DNA of 64,000 nucleotides from Trichodelitschia bisporula (taxonomy: Eukaryota). The stretch covers positions 1,551,803 through 1,615,802 of the forward strand of contig ML996687.1 in assembly GCA_010356995.1 (NCBI GenBank), read 5' to 3'. Below the pieces are notes generated by a model that ran no database searches, was not told where the DNA came from, and saw only the letters and a list, made by a program, of their open reading frames with translations. Shown here piece after piece: positions 12,884-23,702 of this stretch (position 1 is the stretch's first letter; each line of letters opens with the position of its first letter). The translations under genes were made by a program, and so were the position numbers.

Positions 12884-13123
12884 CTTGAGTTTGTGACAGA
12901 GCAGCTATGCGCAGCTAGATGTAACCGTATGTCAGGCGTAACAGGTCCTTGCAGACTATTCAAGGCAGGATTTTGCTGAACCAAGAGGATGGTATGTCGT
13001 TCTTTCCAAACTCAGGCGGCAACTTCCCAAGTCAGATCCGCCCCACCATACACCTCGTGAAAGTCATAGCTCAGACTACGTCACCGATCCCGAGAGGGAG
13101 TCGAAGCTGTCATTTGCTACATG

Positions 13124-13951
13124 CTAGTAGCCCACACCATCTGAATCCGTGGGTGATTCAAGATTCCCTCCTTGCTCCTGCTTATCATCACCACCTGTAA
13201 TGGTCCCGCCATCATCAGGAACTTTGTCGGTGGAGGTTGAATTGTACTCGCGAAATGATTCCGTATGCGAATGCTCACTCCTGTTCGGCACAGTTTCGTC
13301 AATGTCTTCCGCGTTTCGATGCTTTCTCTTCGGTAAGACCCTTGGACGACGTGCCTCAAAGGCGCTTCGAGTCCACTTTTGCCCATTCCAAGTCACGGGT
13401 ACGTACCCCCCCCGACCACTTTCCCCTTCAATGAGCGAGGAATGGCCGGTTTCACCGAGAGCCATCTCTGCTGCCTCCTCAATTAAGATGCCCATAGCAA
13501 GCATCGCAGTTTCATCTAGAGAGCCGTAGCTCACTTCTCGGTGCTTTAGCTTACTGAGGCTGTAGAAATCAGAAGCATATTGGTGTAAAGCTTTAGTAAG
13601 ATCGCTTTCCGGTATCTGTTCAGGCCTGTCCAATTGCCTATAGGCTCGAGAATAAACATCATCTTCCCCGTAGCGGTCTGGCATGAGCGGACGCCGGAAT
13701 AAGACTTCGTCCGCCGGCACTGGACGAGATGACGAGGACTTGGTATCTCTCGTACTTGCATAGATTGGTCGAGGCGGGAGAAAGCCGTTGCTTCCAACTC
13801 GTCCTACACGAGTCAGCTTTGTCATGGGACAACGAGGATGGCCTTGGTTACCAGCAACGGCATCATAGACAGTGATTTTTCGCCGCTTGTGAGATGCGTA
13901 AAACTCGGTTGTTTCTGGATTTGCTCCTTCTGCACCGCCAACTCTCTTCAT
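13124..13951 (-). CDS. RRN10: RNA polymerase I upstream activation factor subunit Rrn10-like; intron 13851-13804
   Basis: VYDA, ADEVL, IPESDLTKALHQYA and LDETAMLAMGILIEE blocks occur in the order recalled for yeast Rrn10. Confidence 0.7.
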   Translation of the reverse strand: MKRVGGAEGANPETTEFYASHKRRKITVYDAVAGNQGHPRCPMTKLTRVGRVGSNGFLPPRPIYASTRDTKSSSSRPVPADEVLFRRPLMPDRYGEDDVYSRAYRQLDRPEQIPESDLTKALHQYASDFYSLSKLKHREVSYGSLDETAMLAMGILIEEAAEMALGETGHSSLIEGESGRGGYVPVTWNGQKWTRSAFEARRPRVLPKRKHRNAEDIDETVPNRSEHSHTESFREYNSTSTDKVPDDGGTITGGDDKQEQGGNLESPTDSDGVGY

Positions 13952-14750
13952 TTTGACCGGCAAAATTTTGCTGTGGACAAGCTGCCAATATTTCGGAATG
14001 TGAATGAGTTAAAATTCACAGTTCGCTGTCTTGAAAGGACTCTACATAAGATGGTTGACATAGTTGTACCGTAGGCGATGGTCAGGATAAGCGCAGAGAG
14101 GTTCGAGCATCGGCGCGTGATCACATGCACCAAACCTGCCATCAAAATCATGTGACCCTTCCGGCTCATGCGCTCCCAAACTGAAGCATTCTCCGAAAAC
14201 TAGGGGATTTATTCCGTAGGCAGGGGTCGTGAGTAACTTCGTACGTTATCACATCTTGGGTGGATGACGTGGCAAATTCATATCTATTGTGACTGCTATC
14301 CAGTGCTGGTTCTCATTCGGGGACTCGAACAACAATGATCGGTGTACTCATCCCTTAAAGGAGTCTGTGAGGAAACCGATGGGCATCAGGGTTTGTCGAA
14401 ATCTTGTACGGAGAGAGAAATGCCAGGTTTCTCAGCTGTTCTCTTTTACGAGCAGTATTACAGTGTTCCTACTCCATAGTTCAACACCTAGCATGGCGTC
14501 CAGGATATTCATACCAGTCGCCCAGCATTCCGCCTCTAGTTCTAGTGGAGGTATGCACTTGGGAAACTCGTAATGATAACCCAGGGAGAACGAAGAGTAC
14601 CTATGTAGCAGTACTGAGTCACCAAAAGTGGGAATAGCTTCAGCACACATATCAAGCCTTCGCGAGCTGGTCAGCCATGTCGTTATATGATGAAGATCAC
14701 GCCGGTACTGTAGTCATGATGGCTTAAGGCGAGGTTGAGCAGCGGCGGGC

Positions 14751-15881
14751 TCAAGCCATCATGACTACAGCAATGTGTAGAAACCCGTCTGCATATGCAG
14801 CCACTTCTGCTAAAGTCTCGACCGGCACGCTCAACGGCACGACAGCTCCATGAAGCACAGGGAGTGCTAGTAAAGGACTGCGGCGGCTCGGAAACAACGT
14901 CGGTAGCAAGGTATTTAGAGCCATTCCAAGGGTCTGGGTTTGTCCTTTGGCTTGATTAGGTGGGAGATGTGCTATCTCTGGCCACTTACGGGTTGATATC
15001 GTAGGTGTAACCAAAGACTGGACCACGCGAAGGTGGCCGGGGCTGGGCTGATCGGTACTGTCTACTGCTGCCGCCGCAGGCAAGTATACCTTCAGAGGAA
15101 TATAACGAAGAGAAACACCCGGAGGATGGAGCAACTTCTGATTTACGCTGTTGAACATGGCGAGGTTTTCTGCCCATAATTAGTCTTCGAATACAAAGCA
15201 TCTGAAAAAGGGCCCCCATCAACGTACGCTGCTCCACGGCCAACCATAGCTTGGTTGAGTCTTCTCGACTGAGCGACATTATAACCTTCCCTGAGCCGTG
15301 TCGCAGAAAACAGGCCTAGATCACCCGATTTAGCAGACGATCGTGGTCGATAAGGGGCGTTTACTTCTTTGACACTGTTCCTGAAAGCATCCCGCAACGC
15401 ATCATTGTCCGGGTCCAGACGAACAAGGTGCTCCGTGGGCCAGTCCGAGAAGTGCAGTGTCAACTTCCACGGCAATATCTCGTCAGGCTGATCTTGCTCC
15501 ACCCCACTTTGGTCATGTAGTTGTTCACTCGCTCCCGAGTAGAGATCGAACAGCAAGCCAACAGGGTAATGCCACTTCAGTGGAACGTCCTCGTAGGAGA
15601 GCCAGCCATCAGCCGGGAAAACGTTTTGGTCGATCAAGGAACTGAAGAAGAACTCATGCAATCGACGGTGAAGCAGTGGGAGGTAAGAGATGCGAGGAAA
15701 ATAGACCTGCATCGATTATTCTGCTTAGCTGTGGCATATATGAAAGGAATATGAGGGACCGTACCAGGTACACGTCGGATTCGTAGGTCTTACTCTCCTG
15801 CTTCGCCAGCCGAATGGCGAGAGGAATGGACCCCGCCCAGAGCTGGGTTTGTAGGGCGCTTGGGGTACTTGCGCCGGCCAT
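14751..15881 (-). CDS. ATG5: Autophagy protein Atg5; 5 exons
   Basis: LWAGSIP, PRISYLP, PLKWHYPVGLLFD, PWKLTLHF, NSVKEA.FLR.G, LHGAVVPL; introns restore frame. Confidence 0.95.
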
Positions 15882-16665
15882 AGTTGCCGGCTGTTACAAC
15901 ATGATGGGACGCTTGCGCGCGAAGCTCAAGTGGTAGCAGCTGGTGTACTATGGGATGGGATGCAAATGAAAGGTAAATAAGGTAACTGAAACGCGCCGAG
16001 GGGTAATGGGCGACAGCACTTGGTATGTCAAGCAGTTCCAAGGTCGGTCTTTGTAGATGGAAGCTCTCAGTGGCATTCCATGAGCCCGTCGTGACCCCGC
16101 GACGCGCATACAGTACTACGTATTAGTCGACGGCAGTAGTAGGCACAGCTTGTCGAACCGGAGTGTGAGACCCGATCATCCCGCCCATGGGTGGGATATT
16201 CGAAAGGAAACAAAGGATCTCAATACGCCAGAGAACGCGTAAATTATGGGCAAGACAGGTATAGAAACATAGGCTATATAAATAAGGGCGTGAGCAATTA
16301 TATAAGACGAGAACAGCTAAGGTTGTAATCAGCAGGGACTCCGGATAAGAACCAGAGATATGCCGAAAGCTAGCTGACTAATCTACGTGGGTGACCCCTG
16401 CTCAATACAGCTACCGTACTACGTAAGCTCCCCGCACTCGCGTTAGCCAGGTTCAGTTAGCCTGACAAGGACCCTGACATGTCAATGAGCGCAACACGAA
16501 AGACACCGCGTTCGCGTTTTCAGGCTCACATCACTTTCTTACCTCCCTGGCGACAGCAACCCAGTGCCATCCAAGACAGAGTATTCATAAACCAACTGGA
16601 GCCTGTGAACTGTGCCAACTTTTCCAACATAACTGAAATTGATGGAAAACTGTGCACATGTTACC

Positions 16666-17405
16666 ATGACCTCCTCTCTCCGCCCCAATCGCAAGCGATC
16701 TGCGACTTCAGAACTTCCAAGGGGAGTCGACATTCCCGCAGTCGGCGAATATATGCTGAGAGACACTTTGAAGCGAAATAAGATTGTCGATGAACTGGAA
16801 AATGTGAATCTAGCATCGAAAGAGGACTCGTGGAACTTCGACGTGGGAGAGCTTCTTCGGCCAACACCTTTCATGCTTCCGGGTAACGACACGCGTACAG
16901 ATGCAAACAATTTGCCGTCTTTTGATGCCTCAGACTCTTTGGTCGTGCTGTGTGTGCTTGAACAATTGGATATCCATATCGACTTGCTTTGGTAGCTCCC
17001 CTTGTCCCCTTCGCCTAGTACCTGTTGCTGATCACTCTGTCAAGTCAATCTTTACCGACCTTGGCCTCTATCTCTCCAAACATCCAGGTTCTGATCCTTA
17101 CTCGGTCAATTCAAACCGTTCTTCCACTCCTTGAAAGCCTTCCGTACTCTTTCCCGGTCGTTGAGGCCCGCGGTCCTCCCTCTAGTCACTTCCTCAGACT
17201 TGGGTTGCTTCACCCACTCGGTGGGGGGCAGCATGCTTTGGATGCCATAGTTCTGCTTGATAATAAGGGGAGAAGACGGCTGGTGCTTCCATTTGGCTGG
17301 GGAGCTGGACGCCATGCCCGCGACCTGATCAGCGGCAAAATCATACAGCATCGGTTCAGAGAGGTTTTGGAGGATAGCGTCAGGATACTCGAAAGTGAGA
17401 AGTAG
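16666..17405 (+). CDS. Hypothetical protein, possible thioredoxin/peroxiredoxin-like fold; intron 16992-17044
   Basis: ORFs 16639-16995 and 17025-17405 join in frame via GTAGCT..GCTGAT..AAG; LHPLGGG..ALDAIVLLDNKGRRRLVLPFGWG looks like a conserved core; start could be 16642. Confidence 0.7.
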
Positions 17406-17589
17406 GCCCTTTGGAAGCTGGAGTGACATCGGGAGTGTCTCATTGAATTTGGAGATTATTGTGGAGCTGCTTTATCTTGGGAAGTGACAGGCTGACATGC
17501 TAGAAGTAACCAAAGCCTCGAGTCGTGCAGTATTAGACTGAAGTCTCTTCTCCGATTTTATCAACTTTCCGTAAGACATGGAACTGGTG

Positions 17590-18685
17590 TCATTGATCTG
17601 GTGCTGAAAAACAATATACATCGATTGACTCAGGGACCTCGTTATCGGATACGTCTGACGCCAGTGGAATCTCAACATGGCTAGCGATGGCTAGTCCGGC
17701 CTTGGACATGAGCTCGAAGAAAACCGCTTCACTCGGATGGCGAACCTTCATGGCGACCACTGTGAGGGCACCTGGGGATCTCTTGACAAGATTCGATATT
17801 GTTTCGACGAGTGCCGGGCTACTGTCAGAATTATATGTGCAGTCGGCAACCAAGATGAGGTCGAAGTCGTTGTACAGCACTGATTCCGGAAGTGCCTTGT
17901 CCCAGTTTAGTGGCTCAAATGAGATTCTGGATGAAACGGAGGGGTCGAGCTCCGTGATGGAACGACCGAGGATTTCCGTTACCTCTGGCAAGTCCGTCAG
18001 GGTCATGGAGCAGTTTAGGAAGCTGAGCGCGAAGGATATTCCCACAAGGCCGCATCCGCAGCCTAGTTCAATCGCCTTAGAATCTCCTGAGTCGAGAATC
18101 TTGGAGATTTTATTAACCAAGGCAAGACGCTGAAATTCCTCGTTCATCAGCTGGCCCAGGCAGATAGTGAGCGCTACGCCTGCGTCCCTGAATATCATGA
18201 ATCCTCGGCCTTTATGTAGCAATATGGATATCATACCAAATGTGTCTCGCAATGCTCTCTCCAGCTTCTTCCCAAACCACAAACGTCTGTTGGTTGACTT
18301 TGAAGCGCCTCTGAAGTGTCCTTTCGGACTGACAGATGCCTTTCGTGGGATCCAAAATATTGCTCCACACTGGAATAATACTTGGGAGGGTTTGCAGCAG
18401 ATGAAACTCCTGGTTCGATGGCTCCTTCGCTCGCAAATGAAGTCGTACTGGCCATTGGATGCTCTGCCACTTGATCGAGATACTTATGGGTAAGCACCTT
18501 GAGGTACAAGCCCAGTTTATATCTTTGCTTGCAAAAATTCCAGGTGCATGAGCTCTTTCGATGTCTGCAGAGAGGATGACGTCCTTTGATAGAAACTTTT
18601 CGCCCAGATCAGTCGTGATGGTAATCAAAGCCGTGACCCTATCTCCCTCAAGCTTAGGGGTTTTGAGGAAACGTATGTAGAACAT
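17590..18685 (-). CDS. Class I SAM-dependent protein methyltransferase (METTL21/Efm-like); intron 18236-18188
   Basis: SIARHIWDAG, IELGCGCGLVG (motif I), LTDLPE, LNW, DLILVADCTYN (DxxY). Confidence 0.88.
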
Positions 18686-19168
18686 TTCCACCGGTGTTGC
18701 AGTCGCATACTACTCCACAAAATCTAGCTTGGGAAGTCTTCATCTGTGTGTGTGATGGAGCGTGATTATTGGCTTCGGATATTGCTCTGCCAAGTACATA
18801 CTCGTATATGGCTTGGCAGGATTTGTGGGGCAAGTGGCATGAGCTCGACTAAGTGATTTAACATGCAGTAGGATCTACTCCAGCCTTGGTCAAGCGATTA
18901 ATAGGCATGTAATGCGCCTTCCAGCACTCTTATTCACAAAGATGAAATACTTACGACATCTTGTCCCTTCGCAAACATGTCATGTCTCCCCGTCTCCAAC
19001 CAGGCGACTCGGACCGACAATCTTCCGGACCCTCCTCCCTTGGCCGAACGCCTAGGGATGCGCGTCGCTTGATGTTGCGATGCCCCGCAATGACTGACTA
19101 TCGGCCCTCGCTTCACGACGAGCAACTTTCTCCATGCTCGCTTTGACAGGTTTTCGATACACGCGAGG

Positions 19169-20431
19169 ATGTATCACCCCTCGGATCCACGAATTACTCG
19201 ACGTGTCAATCAACTTGCGCAGAACCTCGAATTAGCCAATAATCAGGCGCAGGAACATATCTACAACTTCTCTCACAACTACGTCAGCCCTTACCTGTCG
19301 TCCATTTCCAGCTGCTTCCAGAGTTGCATAGCGCCATGTTGCCCCAGCGAGGAAGAACGCCGTCGCCGTCATCGCGGAGACAGGGCTGAGCTCAGCTTCG
19401 ACTTTTACGACAATGACGAATTGGACAGGCTGTTAAACCCTTCGGGACCTGGTCGCGAGCGCGCAATGAGCTACGGGGCTCGACGTGAGACGCCAAATGT
19501 CAGGCGCAAGAGTGCGGTGGTAGCTGCGGACCGACCCGATCCTAGCATCATCACAACCTCTTCATACTTCGGGTTTCTGGAGCGGATGCCATGGAAGATC
19601 GGGCGGAAAGGTGTGAGATACAAGCCGTCCGCAGCTGACCTGCAAGATCACCCTGGAGCAAGGGGCAGGGTGCTTCCCGAGGGGCAAGCGTTGCTGGAGG
19701 AAAGCGATGAAGACGTTCCTCAGAACGGCCCTAAGCGTCACAAACGGAATCGAAGCGCGACGTCTGCCTCCAACCACACAAACGACTCTTACAGCTCACG
19801 CGGTGACTTGTTTCCGAGCGAAGACGAAGACGATGCCATCCCGATTGATGACGAATTTGCTGTCGCATTGGGCCGTACCTCGAGCATGGGACCAGACGAG
19901 AGTGGGAGCGCAAGGACTCGGTCGTTAAAATCTGGGTCCGCTTCCCGATTAGCAGCACGGAGCCCTTCCACAAAGAGCGTCCGGGACATGGCGCGAAACC
20001 CCCCCCCCTCAGATCCGGGATATCCCGTCAAGGAAGTTCCTACGCTCTCCGAATTCCAAGCGGAGGAGGAAAGGGTTCGCAAAGAGGAGGAGGAAGATGT
20101 TCAGAGGAAACGTGTGGCCGCGCAGAAGTTGGCCTCCCTTCGCGGCCTCGGCGCTTCAACAACTGAGGCTGGATGTGGAACTCCAACATCATCCCTTGAT
20201 GATAGAAGATCCAAACCACCCTCTCTCATAGACACCATACCGTTCCCGGCTTTCGATTTGGGGATAAGTGCGGATGGAGTACAACAGTTGAGCGATGATG
20301 TCTCTGTTGACCCCACGGAACACAGCCCCTTTGTAAATACCTTGAACGGAAGCACATCACTGACTGATAACCCTGGGAATGAGAGTTTTGTTCCTGCAGC
20401 ACTTCCCCACTTTTTGCGGGAGGACGGCTGA
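19169..20431 (+). CDS. Fungal hypothetical protein, 420 aa, largely disordered
   Basis: Long single ORF with conserved-looking motifs (ELSFDFYD, YKPSAADLQ, SRGDLFPSEDEDDA); Cys cluster SCFQSCIAPCC. Confidence 0.8.
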   Translation: MYHPSDPRITRRVNQLAQNLELANNQAQEHIYNFSHNYVSPYLSSISSCFQSCIAPCCPSEEERRRRHRGDRAELSFDFYDNDELDRLLNPSGPGRERAMSYGARRETPNVRRKSAVVAADRPDPSIITTSSYFGFLERMPWKIGRKGVRYKPSAADLQDHPGARGRVLPEGQALLEESDEDVPQNGPKRHKRNRSATSASNHTNDSYSSRGDLFPSEDEDDAIPIDDEFAVALGRTSSMGPDESGSARTRSLKSGSASRLAARSPSTKSVRDMARNPPPSDPGYPVKEVPTLSEFQAEEERVRKEEEEDVQRKRVAAQKLASLRGLGASTTEAGCGTPTSSLDDRRSKPPSLIDTIPFPAFDLGISADGVQQLSDDVSVDPTEHSPFVNTLNGSTSLTDNPGNESFVPAALPHFLREDG

Positions 20432-21238
20432 ACGACGGGTTTTGTGAAACTTGAGCTGCGGTTGAGCGTTTGATGTTGGGCTATGGAAACGGGACGAGGT
20501 CTCTGAAGTTGATGGCCTGCGGGAAGGTTCTGGCGTTAGGGTATCAATTTGGGTGCTTGCTACGGGCCTGTAGAGCCTGGCTATGGGTTGTACAGTACCG
20601 GATGCATGTTAGAGGTGGCAAGCGCCTAAAGACGTATATCAAGTTCAATAATATGGCCTCATCGCCAAGGCTCGATAAGAGAGCCATGGAAGCTTCCCCT
20701 GGGGTATTTCAGTAGTTCAGCAGATTCCCAGATCGGACTGACGAATAATGACGTCTCGTGAGCTCGACCTATCATAAGCCCTTTACGGTACAGTATGTAC
20801 TGATATGGTAGCTGCAGTGGGTCCCGATTTGGCAATGACTGCATGCTGCGGAGATCAGGAAGCTCAGATGCAAGCTGTACCAAGCAAAAGCAACTTCCTC
20901 ACTATCGCGCGCGCCCATGTCCTTGTGCTTCTAGCCTTCCAAAAATATGTGGATATCAGAGGGCTGAAATACGTCACATGTGACCCGTCTTTCAGCTTTT
21001 GTACTCCCGTCGTCCACACCAAAGCCCCCCCCAGGAATGAGAAAACACCTCATACCAAGGTCCTTGGTGTAAGGTTACCGGTATCTGTTTGCCCCACCCC
21101 CGCACCTCTCAGTCGTCACTTCTACCCCTCATCAACATTTAAGTTCCACCTCATCCTCCATTCCACACCCCTCGCATCCACACCTCTCATCCACACCTCT
21201 CATCCACACATAATTCTTCTCCCCTGAAAACTTTCATC

Positions 21239-21645
21239 ATGGATTTCCTCAATAAAGCCGCCCAGTCATTCAACAAGCCAGAAGGCAGTGATTCTCGGCC
21301 TGTTGAAGGCTCGCGGCCGGAGAAGTCGAGCGGGGGTGGCTTCCTTGGTGGGCTCGGCGACAAAGTCAACTCCGCCGCCGGTGGTGGGCGCGAGAGCGAG
21401 AAGAGCGAAGACTACCTCGACAAGTAAGTAGTTATACATTGCATTTCCAGGAGGCTCCCTGCTAAAATTTGCAAAGGGGAGTCGACTTCGTACAGGAGAA
21501 GTTCTTCGGTCAGGGCCCCCAGGACAATGAATCTGCCGTCGAACAGGCAAAGGATGAGAAAATTTCCGACTTCATCCGCCAGCAGTACAAGAAAACCTCG
21601 GGCAAAGACATCCCAATCAAGGACAAGCCGACGACGTTTGACTGA
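21239..21645 (+). CDS. Small hydrophilic conserved fungal protein, probably stress-responsive; intron 21424-21476
   Basis: AAGGGRESEKSEDYLDK|GVDFVQEKFFGQGPQDNESAVEQAKDEKISDFIR; CCCCT (STRE-like) elements upstream. Confidence 0.85.
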
Positions 21646-21833
21646 AGGAGGCAGTGGTCATTGCATTGACGGCGGGTCGCTTGTTAAGGTGCGGGGGCGC
21701 CTTTCTCAGGCTTCACGGTCCACTATCTGAGGGAACTTCGACTAGTCCTTTTAGATCAGGTGCCTTTGGGAGGTCAATGGGAAGCGTTCACTGCAGGTGC
21801 TCTTCCGTCCGAAACTAAAGTGCCTTCTGAAAA

Positions 21834-23436
21834 TCAATGCCGCCAAATCCTGACCGCTTTGTCTTTCCCTCCGCTTCCAACGCGCTGTCCGTCTGGACTC
21901 CAATCGACAGCATACACCTCGTCCAAATGGCCAGGAAGGTCGCTCACAATTTTGCCCGTCCGCACATCCCAGCATTTGAGGGTGGTATCCTTTGAACCGC
22001 TGACCAAGAGGCGCGAATCTGGCGAAAAGGAGCATTGATACACCTAAACATTCGTGAGACATCGCCATAAGAACCACTAGATGACATACCGGTGCGACGT
22101 GGCCCCTAAAGGTTAAGATGAATTTTCCGTCCTTTGCACTCCAGAGCTTGACGCTGTTGTCGAAGCTTGCTGAAGCAATGTAGAGCCCATCCGGAGAAAA
22201 TGTAACATGATTGACTTGCTTTTGATGACCAAGGAGCCTTGCGACAGGCTTTGAAGGAGTCTCGCCCAGCGGGTCCCAGATGAAGATAACATTGTCGTCA
22301 CTGGCGCTGACTAGCCGCTCGACAACTTTATTGTTAATGGTAGCAGCTTTGATGAAGCGATTCTTTGCTCCCTCAGCCCTGTCTGCTTCGGGAGGCACCG
22401 CGCCTGTATGGTCATAAAATCCGGTGCGCAAAATGAAATCCGTCGACAGAGCAAGATGGTTCACCCAGTGAGCATGCCCCTGGAGGGTATGGATGAGCCT
22501 CCCGTCCTTTGCGTCCCATACCTTGATGGTCTTGTCTTGGCTAGAGGTGTAGATCATGCCAGTCCCTCCCCATCGTACGCAAGAGACGGACGCTTTGTGT
22601 CCGGTGAGAATAATGTCGGCCGTTTTGCTCACAACGTCCCATACCCGCACAGTAGAGTCCTTGGACGAGGATGCAACGCGCGGTCGGCCAGGGTCCTGCA
22701 AATGGTAGGGCTCCCAGCAGAGGCTCCTAACGAATGCCGTATGTCCTTTCATTGCACCTCCAAGAGCTTTACCCGTTTTGGCCTCCCAAATCCGCACGCT
22801 TTTGTCATTGCTTCCGGTAGCGATGAGAGTATTGTCGGGAGAATAGGCCACGCAAAGCACCCAGCTGGTATGACCTTGTAGCGTGAAAAGCGGCGTGCCG
22901 GTTTCGCAGTCCCACACACGAGCAGTGGAATCCCCAGAACCCGTAAGCAGCCGCGAGGATGATGCGGGGGAGAACTGTGCTGCAAGTATAGGCTCGCCAT
23001 GTCCAGAGACGGATGAGGCGCATCGGGAGACGGCCCGAACTCGAAACACCGCCTGTGGTGAATATGACAGCACAAGCTCTTCCTCAGTGCTTGCCTTGCC
23101 CGGCTTAACAAGAGACGTGTAGATGTCCACATTGTCCGCTAGGGCCACTTCCTCGTCTTCTGTTCCTCGCTTGTGCTCGTGGAAGAATCGGTATGGTATG
23201 CGCTCGTGTGCCTCACTGACGCCGAGTAGCGAGTTAAGAAGAATCCCGAGATTCTTAACATGAGCCTGGGATAGGGGAACGGAAACAGCTGGACCGCGTG
23301 GTTCGTTGTTAGCTCTGTCGACGAACTGTACTCGGATTGAGCCTTCAGGTACAACTTCTAGCTCCTGCTGCCGACTTGCGTGTTCGGCGGCTTCTCTTTT
23401 CTGTCGCTTGCTCGGCGGGGGCACCACGGTCGCCAT
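21834..23436 (-). CDS. RSA4: Ribosome assembly factor Rsa4/Notchless (NLE domain plus WD40 repeats); one intron near 22089-22044
   Basis: MATVVPPPSKRQK N-terminus, STEE..YSPQAVFRVR, repeated GH..WD units, HWVNHLALSTD. Confidence 0.95.
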
Positions 23437-23702
23437 CTTGGTCTAGTGCACTGGATGAGAAGTGGGAATATATTGATGTTTTTGTGAATTTCGTCCTTGC
23501 ATCTGAGCCTTCCCAAAAAAAATTCAGCCCTACAGCTCTGACCTATCATCACGTGACTCTGATGTCTTGTCTCAGGTCCCCTCCCAGTTGTATCCTTCAT
23601 GGGAGCACTTCCAGTCATTCTACACCCGTACTCCGATCCTGATTAGTACTCCTTGCCTGAGCATGAAAAGGACACGGTCTGCAAGATATCGGAGTGGTAA
23701 CA

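Noticed and set aside
3173..13951. Two Pol I-related genes (RPA14-like and RRN10-like) within ~10 kb as a functional cluster
   Set aside because: Separated by several unrelated genes and both assignments are tentative; chance proximity is sufficient
14336..14430. Hairpins (ATCGGT/ACCGAT, GGCAT/ATGCC) suggesting an ncRNA such as RNase P/MRP or a hammerhead
   Set aside because: Required conserved cores and boxes are absent; stems are short enough to arise by chance
17106..17429. Minus-strand 107-aa ATG ORF
   Set aside because: Antisense shadow of the better-supported plus-strand gene 16666-17405
21751..22089. Long alternative C-terminus of the 561-aa RSA4 ORF
   Set aside because: Read-through of a 46-nt intron; splicing restores the final WD40 repeats ending at 21834
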